A stretch of 64,000 bases of DNA from Podarcis tiliguerta (Eukaryota). The stretch is taken from NCBI GenBank assembly GCA_965153285.1, contig OZ229114.1; one strand, 5' to 3'. Within the stretch, counting starts at the first letter, position 1, and each line of letters opens with the position of its first letter. The translations under genes were made by a program, and so were the position numbers. This document shows, piece by piece, positions 1 through 13,210 of this stretch. The notes below the pieces were generated by a model, which ran no database searches, had not been told where the DNA came from, and saw only the letters and a list, made by a program, of their open reading frames with translations.

Positions 1-1510
1 CAAAGAAACCTGATATAACCCTGAATATATTTGTTGTAGCTGAGGAGGGGGGGGGGGAATTGCCATGCCTGAATTAATAAACAAGTTACATTAGGCTATA
101 TTTAACAGATGTATGTTTATGATTGATCTCTGTCTTCTTTCTTGAAATAAAGCAAGAAAGTGGCATTTCAATAAGAATATCTAGAGAGCAGACAGATGAT
201 ACATTTTTCATTTCAAAGTCTGGTTTTAAATTACGTGCCTACCTCCCCACCCGTTACTTTAGAGAACTGAATAAAATCTGGGTTTCTAGAAGGGACAGAT
301 CAGGAGAGAAAACACAGGAAAAAAATGTGTATCTGGGAAAGAATGTGGTAAAATCCAGAGGCCAGGGGCAAATAAGGAAGAATGCTAGTGTGTAGGGGTG
401 CTTGAAAAAAATATTTCTGAGATCAGCTGCTAAAGGGGAAGCTGGGCATCTAGGGAATGATTGGCTCATGTGTCAGGAAAGTCTTTGGGGCCAAGGCGAA
501 GCATCACTTGAGGCCCCCCCCTCTCGTTCTCCCTGGATTAAACAAGTGCATTGTTTAAATGCTTTTAAATGCAAGAGTGCTTTTCTCTTACTCTATATGA
601 TGATGCTTCTTCTTTTTTTTTAAAAAAAGCCAAACCCTAAATTATAAAAATAGGCCAAAGGATAAATCAGGGTTTTTAAATAAGTCCTAGGAATATATCC
701 ACCCACCTCAGCAGTCTAGTTAGGTGCATTATCACATTCAATTTAGAGATACTAATTTGGGCAAGGGAGTATGAAAAGAATACATATATTGGTTTTCTCC
801 CATATGTTTTTACCCCCTTCCATTTAAAATACTGAGTCATTTCCCCCTGCAAAATATAAAATTGTATATATATATTTTTTAAAAAAACCCAACAACTTTC
901 CACTAGTAAATGTTCAAGAAGCCTAGGACATAATGTTTTATGAATTTTCCTAACCGGTAGAGTTCTGTAACTTATTAGCCCCTAGGGATAAATCTGAATC
1001 CCTTAACACCACATTACAGAGGTGATGTGGTAGGACCTTTTAGCAGGTTATCAACAGTGGTGTTTGTCTGTTTCCCAAGAGAATTCATTCATTTGCAACT
1101 CCCTGTTTAATTCCAGGTTGGCACTTGGTCTGTTCTTTTGTGTGTTTTTGTTCAAGTACTCCAAAACCCTGATCCTCATTATTCTTGAAGCTGTACACAG
1201 TCAAGCAGGCAGCCATGAATGAGTTAAGTTGCTAGCTAAACTTTGGCTTGGGGAAGAGAAATTTGGGGGCCTGGTTGGCATTAACAGGGTACAGCACATT
1301 TTACAGAGCTTAATTAGTACGAACTGTAATTGTTTGTGGTCTGCCAGGAGGAGTAATGTGCAGGAAAAGTGGAGTCGTTCTTTTGCAGTCTTCAGTTTTA
1401 AAACGATAAATCACTTGCATATTTGTGCAATGATTCAAATGGAGCTGAGACCTCTCCATCTCAACATGTGGTAAATTGTAAAGTCAATGAATTGCAGATG
1501 TAGGCTACAG

Positions 1511-1512
<2 letters not shown>

Positions 1513-1550
<38 letters not shown>
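1513..1550 (+). repeat. (GT)19 microsatellite
   Basis: Uninterrupted GT run read directly. Confidence 0.97.
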
Positions 1551-1554
<4 letters not shown>

Positions 1555-2881
1555 TGCAGAATGAATGGGAAAGAATGACAGTATAAATATTTACTGAGAA
1601 GATAACTGAGCTTTAACTTGCTAGGCCAATTATGAAGTACTAGCCAGTCGTTTTGTTTTTAGCCATTTGTTTTAGCTTTAAATAAATTAAATCAAGGTTA
1701 GGGGCACTATTAGCCTTGATGAACATTGCTGATCCTCGAGAAACAATAGCTTTCTTGCACAGGACCGTGAAACAATTGGATTTAGTAGAAATTGGTTCAC
1801 TACTATCACTGGCAGCTAAGTAAAATAACAAGGGAAGGGGCACCGAAAATGCTTCTGCAACAAAACCTTTAACGAGAGATGTAGACAAGTTTGTGTCTCT
1901 CTTAGAGAATATACTACCAGTTTGTAAGAGATCTGTTTCTACATTCCTTGCACACCCAGAAGTCTCATCAACTTTACTGAGACTTCCTGCTTGAATAAGG
2001 AAGGCATAAAGACCATGTCTTTCATTTTTAGCATGTTTGAAATGCTCAATGACCCCATTGTTTGCATCTCAGTTATCCAGAGCTACTTGTTAGCTTGATT
2101 TAGGCCCCATTTACACAGCCAAATAGCGCCAGTGTTTCTCCCTCCACCCCTTGTGTTGGTTAGTTAGAAAGGTATATCTAGATAATTTAAATCAGGACAA
2201 CTTTTCTGGACACAACAGTAGCAATATCTTCACTGGTAGCAGAACAGGTCATAATCACAGATACTGTTGTTCATTGCCTTTCTCAGTGGTAATTGAGTTT
2301 TGGTTTTCTCTTATACCTGATGGTATTTGTTTATCTTTGGAAATGTAAACATTCTTCTGTGAAGTAAACAAGTTACAAGCACAATGAGTAATTACCCTTG
2401 GGCTTAACTGCATGTACCCTCCAATGATGACTTAACTATTTCCAGATGTCACATTGGCTTGTCTTCAACCTAGGGACTGTGATTTAATCTCCTCCCCTTT
2501 CTCTTTTGGATTTCCCACATCCCCTTAATGGTTTGCTACAACCATAGCTTGACAAGACTTTTTTAAAAAAAATGTACAAGTGGTTTGAGCTCCAAGTCTG
2601 ATTTCTAGATCAGTGGACTCTACTGGTTAAATGGTGCACAACACTAATGGGAACTAACTGATTTTACCTTTGGATCCGTATTCATTTGAAACTGAATGTG
2701 CACATTTATATGCTGGCTGCCCAGCTAGCATTTGTCTTCCTTCTTGCATCCCATTGTATTTGTCAACCTGATGTCACTGATACTAGCGAAATCTCCTGTG
2801 TTTGATTTGTGGATTGGTGCTACAGCAGTGAGCCCAGGGCCTAAGCACTTTCCCTCCTCCTTCCACTCCTGCCGTGTGTTT

Positions 2882-3070
2882 TAGGCACATAAACTGCCTT
2901 TTTATTGAGTCAGGTCATTGTTCCATCTGGCTCAATATTGTCTGCAGTCACTGGCATTGGCTCTCCAGGATTTGAGAAAGGATTCTCCCCCAGCCCTGTC
3001 TGGAGTTTCTGGGGATTGAACCTGCGATCTTCTGCATGCAATGTAGATGTTCTTCCACTGACCTATGGCT
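2882..3070 (-). mobile_element. Squam3-like tRNA-derived SINE (diverged)
   Basis: The reverse complement has a tRNA-like head (GCCATAGGTCAGTGGAAGAACATCT...TGCATGCAGAAGATCGCAGGTTCAATCCCC) and body GGGCTGGGGGAGAATCC...CCTGGAGAGCC...GAGCCAGATGGAACAATGACCTGACTCAAT. It is homologous to the copies at 23186 and 31240. The family name is from recall. Confidence 0.75.
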
Positions 3071-5539
3071 AAACCCTCTATAACCCTCAGTTGTATGTGT
3101 GAAGAGGGTTCTAAGCATAGAAGGGGAAGCAGGGCCCCAGCTTGGCTGCTACATGTTGAATAGGGGCATATGAAAAAGCAACACTCTTATATATAAAGCT
3201 CTATGCTTGTAGCCTAGATTGGGGTTTCAGATCATCCAGAGGTTCAGGTGCATAGTGTTGCACACAAATGCTTTCCTTATCAGATGTTCATGCCCAAAAT
3301 GTTGACATCAGGGGTGGGATCAGCAGCATGTCCCCAATTCAACTTCTCTGTGTTATGGGGGCTCATTGCTCTGTGTTAATACCACTTTGACAAAAACCAT
3401 TGTTTGCTACTGCATCCAAACCAGTTGCACTTGCAATCTGGAAAAAAAGACTTGAAACTAGAATTTGGAACTGTTGTCTTACTCAGCTTGTGTGATAAGC
3501 ATCCATTATTGCTTACTATTTTGAAGAAAGTATGTCAATTGACTATACAGGAGAAGGTGGGAGCACATGGCTGCAAGTTTGGTTCATGTAGCCCTGAACA
3601 ATGCTTTGTTGTCAGTTTGATTATAGTGGTCCAAGTAGGGTATAAAATGTAGCAGATAGTTTATTTTCTTCTTGTAAAAATAGCTATTCTGAATTTGCCA
3701 AAATATACATTTGGTCAACAGAAACAAATGGTAGGCATGGGTTGTTAAAGGAGCTATTGAGCTGGTGAAATTTCCCAAGATTAATAGTTTCCTAGCTTTC
3801 TGTCAGTCACAGACATGATTTCTTAAGTTGGTTCAGCTTGCACTTAAGATTTAACACAGTTTCAGTGATGTCCTTACATTAAGAGGCTGAAGCTACAGCA
3901 TTTTCCAACAGATCAAATTAAAACAAATGATACTTTGCTTGCAGAGAGCTGGTTGTGTGGATAATTCCATTCAGAGATGGTTGCATTAGTGTTGACAAAT
4001 CGCTGCAGAGTATATATTATGTATATAAATTAATATTCAGTGGTACAAGCATTCTCATGAGAGGATATGACCTTGAATGAAATATCAAAAGAATATGATG
4101 GCAGCCTGCTGGCTAGTTGTTGTTTTTTTAAATGTATTTTTTCCCCTTGCCACACCTTTTTAGAAAAGATATATGTCTTATTGTGCCTTGCATAGATGTA
4201 AAATGTTTAAAAATATTAAGTCCCTTTGTCTGTCTTCTCTTCACCTTGAGAGATGTATAACTAAGTATAAAGGCATCTTTTAAAAATATGCTTCTCTGCT
4301 TCTCAGTTACTGGATAAATTGTGTCTGAGGGACTCATCAGTAACATCCCACCCCCCTTTCCTGCTTTGCAATAACCAGAAAGCAACATAAAGAAAAACAC
4401 TTCTCCCACTGTGAATATTTGCTTGCATCTCTGCATTACCTGTAGATCACCCAATAGCGCAAGTAGCTTCAATGTGTGGGTGTACCCATGCATAATGAAA
4501 TACCTTTTTGCATTTTAGTTCAAATTTACTCACTTTTAAAAATTCTTCTGGTGTCTAATTTCATTGCTCTCAAAACATTTCTGTGATGCTCAAAGAAGTG
4601 ATAAGTTACAACACATCAGTTTCATTAATAAACATAAAGTGTATCTGTATTATGTTTATACTTTTGATACGTATACTTTAGTTATCAGGTGCTATTCAGT
4701 ATAAACGGAACAATATGAAATTCCTTGGTTACAATGTGTTCCAATTGACCAGGGACTCTATGGGGTTCGTGGAAAGAAAAGGCTGGGCAAGTTTTCATTA
4801 AGGTTTAAATCTGGCAATTGGAAAAAGAGGAGAATAAAGGGAGCTCAAAAGAGGGACAAGTGGTTAATGTAGCATTCTGTGCTCCAAAGGGAAACCTCTT
4901 TTAGACGAGAGTGGTTCACAGGCCAAGAATTTCAAACTTGCAGGGAAACCTGTCCAGAACACACAAGTCGTTGGAATGGTTGCAGAATTGTCACAGCAAT
5001 TAGAGCAATCTCTGCTAACTGAGTGGCAGTTTTTATAAAGGACAGAAGATAAAGGGTTCAGATTCATTTCTCCCTCTCTCTGTGTCCCCCTCTGTGATTC
5101 ACTCCTGATCAACCATTGTCTCTTTGGGTATGTACAAGAGACGGGGAGAGGGGGAATGGGGTGAAAGAGGGCAGGCATGTTTTGAGCTGCTTACTCGTCA
5201 TTAGCTTTCCTTATTTTTGATGAACCTAGAGTTGCATTGGCCTCCTCCCCCTTCAGTGAAGTCCAGCTATTTTGGCATTTCCTACTCCCATTTGTGTGTA
5301 CTAATTGTTGACACTTTAGACAGCCGGCTTGTGTGCTAATTTAGCTCTGTTCCTTGTTTAAAAAATGTGCTTGTGGAAAGATACATCGTCTTTGATTTGG
5401 TATAAGGATTGCATATAGAAACGTAAACCTTACTGCCCCCTTACCTTAAGGCTTGTGGTGTAATAGATTTAGTTTCGTGGTGCTGGAATGCATCAGAAGA
5501 GGTGTGTTTCTGTAAAACGATAACTTTCTTTACAATATT

Positions 5540-5790
5540 TCAAATGTAGGAGGGCGACCTTTTTCTGACAGCGTTCTGTGCATTGATCAGTTTGCATGAC
5601 AAATAGAAATTCGGCACACAAAGCTTTCCCCAGTCAGCATGATGCATCAATTGGAACAACTTTATCTGCTTAATTTCGGCTCATGATATAGCTGTTAAAG
5701 GCACAGGAGCCTTGTCAGGTACAAAGGTGTTGGCACTTGCCACCCACTCACCTGTGATTCATTTGAAGTTCTGTCATTTAAAATGACTTA
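5540..5790. promoter_or_regulatory. Candidate conserved non-coding element or enhancer
   Basis: Repeat-free. Contains a Sox-Oct-like composite TTTGCATGACAAAT (5591-5604), TGACAG (5566-5571) and ACAAAG sites. Conservation is not tested. Confidence 0.3.
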
Positions 5791-8700
5791 TATCCTAAGA
5801 TATAAGTTGAGAAAGTTTATTGAAACTTCTACTTTTCATACACCCGATTCGCACCCCTAAAGACCCATCTCATCCAATATTCTGTTCTCACAGTAGCAAT
5901 AGCACTCTCTCACTTATGATGCCATCATGACTCTGTAGCTATTGATATCTTTATCCAAATTGATGATGCATCCTGTGTTCCTGATATACGTGTGCCTATT
6001 TCCTACTTTTTCTATTGGAGTTCCCTCAGCAGTCTGAAAGAGTCATTACGGGACTGTTTTAGCTATTTACCTAATATAGTTGGAAGGCTTTTCAGGGATC
6101 GCAGATAAGAAACCTCTTTTGTTAAACTTGCCCATGTCTTGTGAGTAATCTGATTGGTTGTTGGAAGGATTATTTAGATAAGCCTGAGCTGATAGAAATG
6201 GCCCCATGAATCATATGCTTATTACATTCCAGGGCTGAGACACACCTTCAAGTAGAGGTGTGTGAAATACTGGTAACAAGGTTCAGGACTACCTCAGATG
6301 AAACACGTGAAATTATACGTTGGAGTGCTTTTTAAATGTCTAGCTAATTTTCTCATTAACAAACACGTATTTGAAAGTTTTGGCTCTAAACAAACACTGG
6401 CTATTTTGGTTTGAAACATCAGTATTTTCTGGGGCAAATGTAGGCCTGTATCTTGGAAAGATTCAACTCCTTCAAGGCAAAAAAGAACCTGATAAGGCAA
6501 ATCAAAATCACTCATTATGTTAATTAAGTTGGAAATTAATTTGCAAAACACACCCTATAGAGTCAGCTCGACTCAATTTCAGCTTAGTAATTATCTTGTG
6601 GTGAGAGCAAAAGGTGTTGAAATATCCCACTCCTTGCAAATGTAGAGTACATGGATGTTGGTTTTTCCTGCCTAAACACTGGAACTTCTGTGGCAGACTA
6701 GAGTCTATTTTATCAGATTGACTAGGCTGTTTCCTATGGAAGTTCATGCCAAATAAACTAGTTGGTGTCTCCTGATTTTTTTTAACCTAGTAGCTATGGA
6801 TACAGTAACCATGAAACCCACTTACTATAAAATTCTTTGTTTGGTAAAATTCCCATACATTTCTGTTGATCCCCAGAATGAGGAGCACGTATGTAGTCAC
6901 GAGATCTCTTATCTCCAACACTTGCGGCAGTTTTTGTAAAACTGTTTTTGGCAAGTTTTCATAGTACCAACCGACGTCTGACTAATAAGAAAGTGTCAGT
7001 CAAGTAATACGAGGCTTATTTTCCTAAAACAGCTCCCCCACCAAGATACGTGAGGTGTTTCCTGTTGGAACTGCTAGCTATTTTCTGCAAATATTTCAGC
7101 ACGTGTAGATAAAGATGTTGTTGTCACTGTTGCTGTTGCAATTTAATTACAATGTTTGGTGGGAGAATACTTATTCAATCCTCACAGTATGTTTCCATCT
7201 TTTTACAACACACGCGAGGATATGCAACCGGATGGACTGCATGTGTCAAACATTATTTGTGGCAATCTTGATAACGTTTGATCCCGTGATTGAGGTGGAT
7301 ATGTTTTTATGCAAATGTTTAATATGCATGTGACTCTTTGGAAAACAATGTTACTTTACTTAAAAGCAATTTACATTTTTATGTACTGATTTATATACAA
7401 ATTCGTATTTTTGAAAGAGAACTAAAGCAGTGAACAACAATAACAAAATCACTTCATAAAAAAAAACACCATAAATAAGTAACACCAAGTGATACAATAT
7501 TCACAGTAACATGTGGCATGTACCAAGCCAATATTAATGGTCAGGGAATTTATTTGTTTTCAAGAATTAGTGGGATGGGATCAGGCAACACAGGATCATA
7601 ACACCATTCAGCTTGGTCACATGACCTAACAACCCAGCAGAACATACATCGGCAAAAAAGTCAAACTCTGTTTGAAAGGCTTTCTTCTCCCCTCCCCCAT
7701 GCCAGGCCCATTCCAAATCAGCAAGCAGTAGCCACACTCCTGAACAGAGTTGGAATCAACTGTACTTTTCACTGTGGGCTTGCTAAAGTAAATAGTTCCA
7801 TTTTCTTCCATGCAAGTAATCTTACATTGGTTGTTCTGATTCTTGGTATTTCTTCCTGCGCTCAGGATTATGCATAGTAATATGGGATACATGATATATG
7901 AAGGATATTGCCTTTGGCATGACACAGGTTTTTCAGGTCCCTTTTAATCCTATGGTTGCAGGAGGAATTTCTTCCAGAGACTTTTCTCTGCAGTGATTGC
8001 ACGAATAGTTCCTACACTAGTTAAATCACTTAGAGCCATTGTGCCTTCACGTTATTAGCAACACTAGGTTATTTGCACCTCACAAAATTGCTAGCTTTGT
8101 GCTGTGTTTAACTGTGTGAAAACGATGCTCTGAGTAGCTGGTCATTATCAGTGCCCCACAATTTCAGACCACTCTGGTAGCCAGCCCAACCCTGTGGTTT
8201 CCAGGGCTCTGTGCCAGCCCCAGTGTGTGAGAGGTGAGATCTTGTTTCTGACATAGTGTTGGATTCAAGTGCAGCACAAAGTCAGAGACAATCCCCTGTT
8301 ATTCTCCTCAGGTCCAAGCTCATGAGGAGTGTTTGGTACCATCCATGTGCTCTGGAACTTCTGCATGTCATGAACTAACCCTAGCTATCATCAAGCATCT
8401 TAAAGCTCTGTACAACCATGGGGATGGTTCCTCTTCTACCTTTCCCTTCTCAATGAGAGGTTTGGAGCTCATTACACTCACAAAAGGAAGACTTGTAATG
8501 AAAAGTCAATTTTGTGGAACTCTCATCATTAGAATAATTTGGATGCTGCAGTCTCCCCAGGACTATTCAGATCAGTGAAGTAAAATATCACAAGGTGCAA
8601 AATGTGCTACCTAGGTTTGCAACATTTGTTCATCTGCATTGTCTACTTGTATTATTGCATAATCCTTTTGTCTACCAGAATAATCCCTGCTTTAAAAATA

Positions 8701-9262
8701 TTTTTACTTGAGCTTCATGATGAATAAAATCAACCACTTTTGCATGTGGCTACTGGACACAGTATTTGGTCAAGTGGTGTTTTTGTGTTTCCAGTTAAGC
8801 AAATTATCTTTGCAGGAAGTGGCACCTATGTAGCCATAGTTTTTGTGTTGTAAAGGATCCTGTTTCTGAAAAGCGGCAATGTAAATGCATGCTCCAAGCT
8901 ACCTTATTCAGAAAGTTTGGTTCAACACCAGAAGAGAGATAGTACACATGATCAAATGTTTTGACTTATGCACCACTGAACATCATTTTGTGTTAAGGTT
9001 TCAGTTTCATGATATACCATCCATGCATGGTTTTGTCATTCTGTACTGATAAAACCAGTGTGTGTGGTTTATGCATCATGAAGTAGACATTTTCTGCAAT
9101 CCCAAGCAAACTTGGCTCTCACACAAGAGATTTTTTGAAAAACAATTTCTGAACTGAAGCTTAACTTCATGCAACTTTTTGCTCTGTCTTAAATTGCTTA
9201 AATTGTAGACTGCATGACAATACTGGGATTTTGTAACAGTAATAGTAATTAGTATCTAATGG

Positions 9263-9343
9263 AGCAATCCTACACATGTCTATTCAGAAGTAAGTTAAAA
9301 TGTGTTCAGGGAGACTTACTTTCAGGTAAGGGTCTTTGCAGCT
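9263..9343. mobile_element. Short palindromic MITE relic (GCAATCC...TTGCAGC family)
   Basis: Reads GCAATCCTACACATGTCTATTCAGAAGTAAGT...GACTTACTTTCAGGTAAG...TTGCAGC. Related copies lie at about 16097-16140 and 43797-43882. Confidence 0.5.
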
Positions 9344-10056
9344 TTAATTTTGCTAAAGTTGTTAACCATATCAGGCATGTCACCTAATCACTTGTTTGTC
9401 CAAGAACTAAGGAAAAGGAAGTCTTAAAGATTTATTCTCAACTTACTTGCCACTATTCATAGTGAATGTTTTTTCATTTAAATGGTTAATGATTATGTTC
9501 CCTCTTAACATAGCTGAAGCTCTTTCTCTCTTAGAAAAAGCTCCTCTTTTTTGTGTACAATGCATTTGTTTGCATACAAATATGGGGTATTCACAGGAAG
9601 AAAATCTCCCAAACTTTCATGCAAACCCCCATAAATGATAAAGGTAGAGTATTTATGAATCTGATAGACCAATGTATGATCTGGGTTTATAAGGCATTCA
9701 TTGTTTGTTTCTAATAGTTATAACCCATCTTCTAACAAGGGTTCCTGAAGTAGCTTAGCAATTCATTTAATATGCAGTAAACAGGAATGCAAAGATAAGC
9801 ACTAAAAAATAAAAACAGCACTAAAGTTAGCGGCACAGCTTATAACTAAATGCCTGCCTAAACAATGACTTCCTTGCAGTTAGGCACCAGGTCATGTGAC
9901 ATCGAGAGAGTGATCTCATTTGTAGGGTACCACTAGTGAGAAGGCTCGCCACCCACCACCTTAATTCAAGATGTGGAATGAAGATCTTAGCAGTTTAACA
10001 GGTGTATATAGGAGCAGCTGATCCTTCCAGGTAGCCTAGTTCCAGACTGTTTAGGG

Positions 10057-10365
10057 CAGACTTCTTAGCCTTGAGAACCTAAATGCTGTTTGACTACAAC
10101 TCCCACTATCCCCAGTTAGTGTAGGCCAGGTAGTCCAAAGTCCATTTCAGGGGCCTAATCCGGCCTGCTGGTTGGTTTAATCTCAACAACTTCAATTCTA
10201 AAAAATGGTTAACAACTTTGGTTGGCTCTTTGGTTGGCCCTGCCCTTCACTTCATCAAATCTGGCCCTATTTGAAAAATGTTTGGACACCACTGATGTAG
10301 GCAATAGTCTGGGTGATGCAAGTTGTATCCAGTAATGTATGGGAACCCAAGGTTGGGAAACACTG
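10057..10365. mobile_element. hAT-type palindromic MITE (outer)
   Basis: 8-bp TSD GTTTAGGG (10049-10056) / GTTTAGGA (10366-10373), CAG...CTG ends, and internal GACTACAACTCCCA motif shared with other copies in the window. Confidence 0.7.
10127..10294. mobile_element. hAT (Charlie/Buster-type) MITE (inner)
   Basis: 8-bp TSD GTGTAGGC (10119-10126) / ATGTAGGC (10295-10302) with central TA. TIRs are CAGGTAGTCCAAA / TTTGGACACCACTG. Confidence 0.75.
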
Positions 10366-12958
10366 GTTTAGGACTTTCAAACCCTCTGAATTGTAGCTGG
10401 AAATAAACTGGAAGCTAGTGAAACTCTTTAAATGCTGGCAAACGTATGTTCCTTCCAGCCTTCGAGCTGTATTACAAACCATTTGAGGTTTCAGAACCTT
10501 CTCATCTAATTTAAAGAATATTCTAAGTCATCTCTGGTAAACAAATCTTAAATTTGGGAGAAACCATTGTTGGTAGTGGCGAGTTTGGGTTTGGATGAAG
10601 TTTTTGATTAAGGTTTCAAAATTAAACAGCTGAAAGCCAAAATCCAATACATCCGTTAAGTGCATTGCCTTATGTGGCTGTAAGCACACTAGCAGAGCAA
10701 TCCTTCTTCCTGGCTGAGAGGAACAGGGCCGAATGAAGCAGCAGAGTCACTGCTGCACCCAAAGCCTGTGTCCCACTAGCCAAGAGGGAAAGTGTGAGAC
10801 GGTTTTCTTCCCTTTTTTTTTGCTGTGGCAGTCTAGGTTGAGGTGGCTCTGACTGGGGCCTTGAAAATGGGCCAGGCTACGATCCATTGCCATATCTGCT
10901 TCACCTTTGCCCTCAATCTGTCCTGCATGCCCTGTTTTGTGGACTTATGTTCATGACTGTCAACGGGAGCTTCCTGGATGTTTGTGGTTTTGGTGGGCAC
11001 AGTTTGGCAGAGCCAGGTGAAGGCATAACTCCACCCAGTTGCATCTCCGTCCAGATTGGGGTTTAGGATTGCTCACTACTTGTGCTGGATTGTGGCCAAT
11101 GTGTTTCATAAGGTTCTAAACACTTCAGCACAAAGCAGAGCCTAAAGAGAGATTATGTAGTTATTAAACCAAATTACTATTTATTATTTATAGGCTGCTT
11201 AAAGCTATGTGTACATGTCTGCATTTACCTTTTCCCAGCGGTATTTTGTCCTCATCTGGTACTACGTTGCAATAGCTTTCTATCTGTGTTCTGTAGCATG
11301 GTTGTTTAATTAATTCCAGTTTGTACAATGTCTTCTTACTCAGAGGAGCACCACTGTTTTCCTGGAGCAGGTAGGAAGCTGTCAGGGACTTGCACAATAG
11401 GTTATCTGTTTGCTACAAAACCATCCATGTACTCTTAATACTGACTTAACTTGCAATATTCAGAACTATTGCTGGATTTTCCAATAGTGACTGCATTAAC
11501 ATTGCATTCAAATACCACTGAGGAAATGCAAACTTTATAGTGATTATTTCATCAGGAAAGGGCTAGTGGAGCCATCAATATTTCAAGCTGTGTACAAATG
11601 AGCCTCCAACTACAGAAAAACATGTAAAGTTAAAATAGAATGAGTTGGTACTCTGGCACCAGCCATGTGGGAATTCTGACAACTCCATTGTTGACTGCCT
11701 TCCTGGTCTTGCAGGATGAACTTTTCATCTGTATAACCCCCGCTACTTCAGCTCTGCATTTTCATGTGGAAGAGTTACATGTCACTTCCTGTAGTGGGAC
11801 AAGCCCACTGTCCATTTATGCCCAGGACAGCCAACTATGGCACACCCCAGAGCTTAAAAGAGGGAAATGAACAAGCTTACTTTCAGTTTATCCAAAGTTT
11901 CTCTGCTTGAACTCCTGGAGTTTTATTGGGAGAAGCCATAATTTAGACTGTTAGGTTGACCAAATTGCTACTTATGTTTTTGCAACAAGTAAGCGGAGCT
12001 CAAGTGGTACCAAATGGAATTTATCATTAACTATCCTTGCAAATAGCAGGGAGGAAGTTTAAAATCAGAATAATTTTCTGTGTTAGCAATAGAAGACTCA
12101 AGGCTTTGAGTTTACAGCCTAGCTGTAAGGGAGTACCTGAAATGTCCCCCAAAGGCTTTTGCAAAGGACTCCGTATGGTGGTGCATACGGAAGACCTGGT
12201 TGCCATGTCCTTCCCTAGAGACCTCTGCGAAACAAAATACAGTGGACTCACTCTCTTTGCAATATGGACATCTCAATCTGCACCCTCCAGGTTGCAGCCC
12301 TGGCACCTCTGATGCCAAGTCCTGTTGGCAGCCTGCAGTGAATTTTTCCAGTGTTGATTCCTAAATCTGGCCATGACTCTACCTTAGTAGAACTTGCAGC
12401 AAGCCTAAATTGCTTTGTAATATTGTATCATCTTAAACTCTTTTAAAATTCATACTTTTATGACTAAAACTTTCTTAAGTATATAAAGTATAATATATAC
12501 CATAAGCGACTTCAGATAAATTCCCTCCTGTATTGCAAGTGTGTGTGAGAGGTTTATAGGACTGTGTGGACTAGCTCCACACCCAACATACCCATTGGGT
12601 GACAAGGGGCTTTTTGCATGTATTGATGTATGCATGTAGGGCTCTTCAATGAGAAAGCAGATCCTGTTTGGCCTAGGAACCCTCCGCAGGTAGAGGAGCC
12701 CTGCACTCAAATGTCACTACATGTGTAGGACCTCTTCAAAATGTTGCTGCTCTTGCAGTCAGCAGGAATAGCAATGCCCAGATATTCAGGGGAGGTGGGG
12801 CTTTTGTGTTTAAATGCAATGTGTACATACCATGTCTCAGGAAAAATAACCAATTTTTACTATCTCAACTGCCAAGCAGCTGTTTGCTGCCCCTGACTTT
12901 GGTAGTGGGTTTTGCTCTGAAAATCTCTCATCTTCAAGAGGAAGATTAATCCTCTCAA

Positions 12959-12962
<4 letters not shown>

Positions 12963-12992
<30 letters not shown>
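12963..12992 (+). repeat. (TG)15 microsatellite
   Basis: Read directly. Confidence 0.97.
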
Positions 12993-12996
<4 letters not shown>

Positions 12997-13144
12997 GTTC
13001 TGATGCTGAGTGAAGGGAGAATGATGTTTTCTGCTTAATATCAACAGTATATGTATGAATTGACTCTCTTGCTGTAGATGGTGAAAATAAGTTTTAACTC
13101 AATTGGGAACCTGGTGTGTGTTCTGGTGTTCCAAATAGCCATCT

Positions 13145-13210
13145 TTCTTCTTCTTCTTCTTCTTCTTCTTCTTCTTCTTCTTCTTCTTCTTCTTCTTCTT
13201 CTTCTTCTTC
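13145..13210 (+). repeat. (TTC)22 trinucleotide microsatellite
   Basis: 66 bp of pure TTC read directly. Confidence 0.97.

Larger units (their letters stand above)
9700..10440 (-). mobile_element. Old L2 LINE 3' fragment, interrupted by nested hAT MITEs
   Basis: Flanks CCTTCCAGGTAGCCTAGTTCCAGACTGTTTAGGG | GACTTTCAAACCCTCTGAATTGTAGCTGGAAATAAACTGGAAGC resemble the antisense L2 ORF2 C-terminus. A tail-like AT-rich end lies near 9700. Confidence 0.5.
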
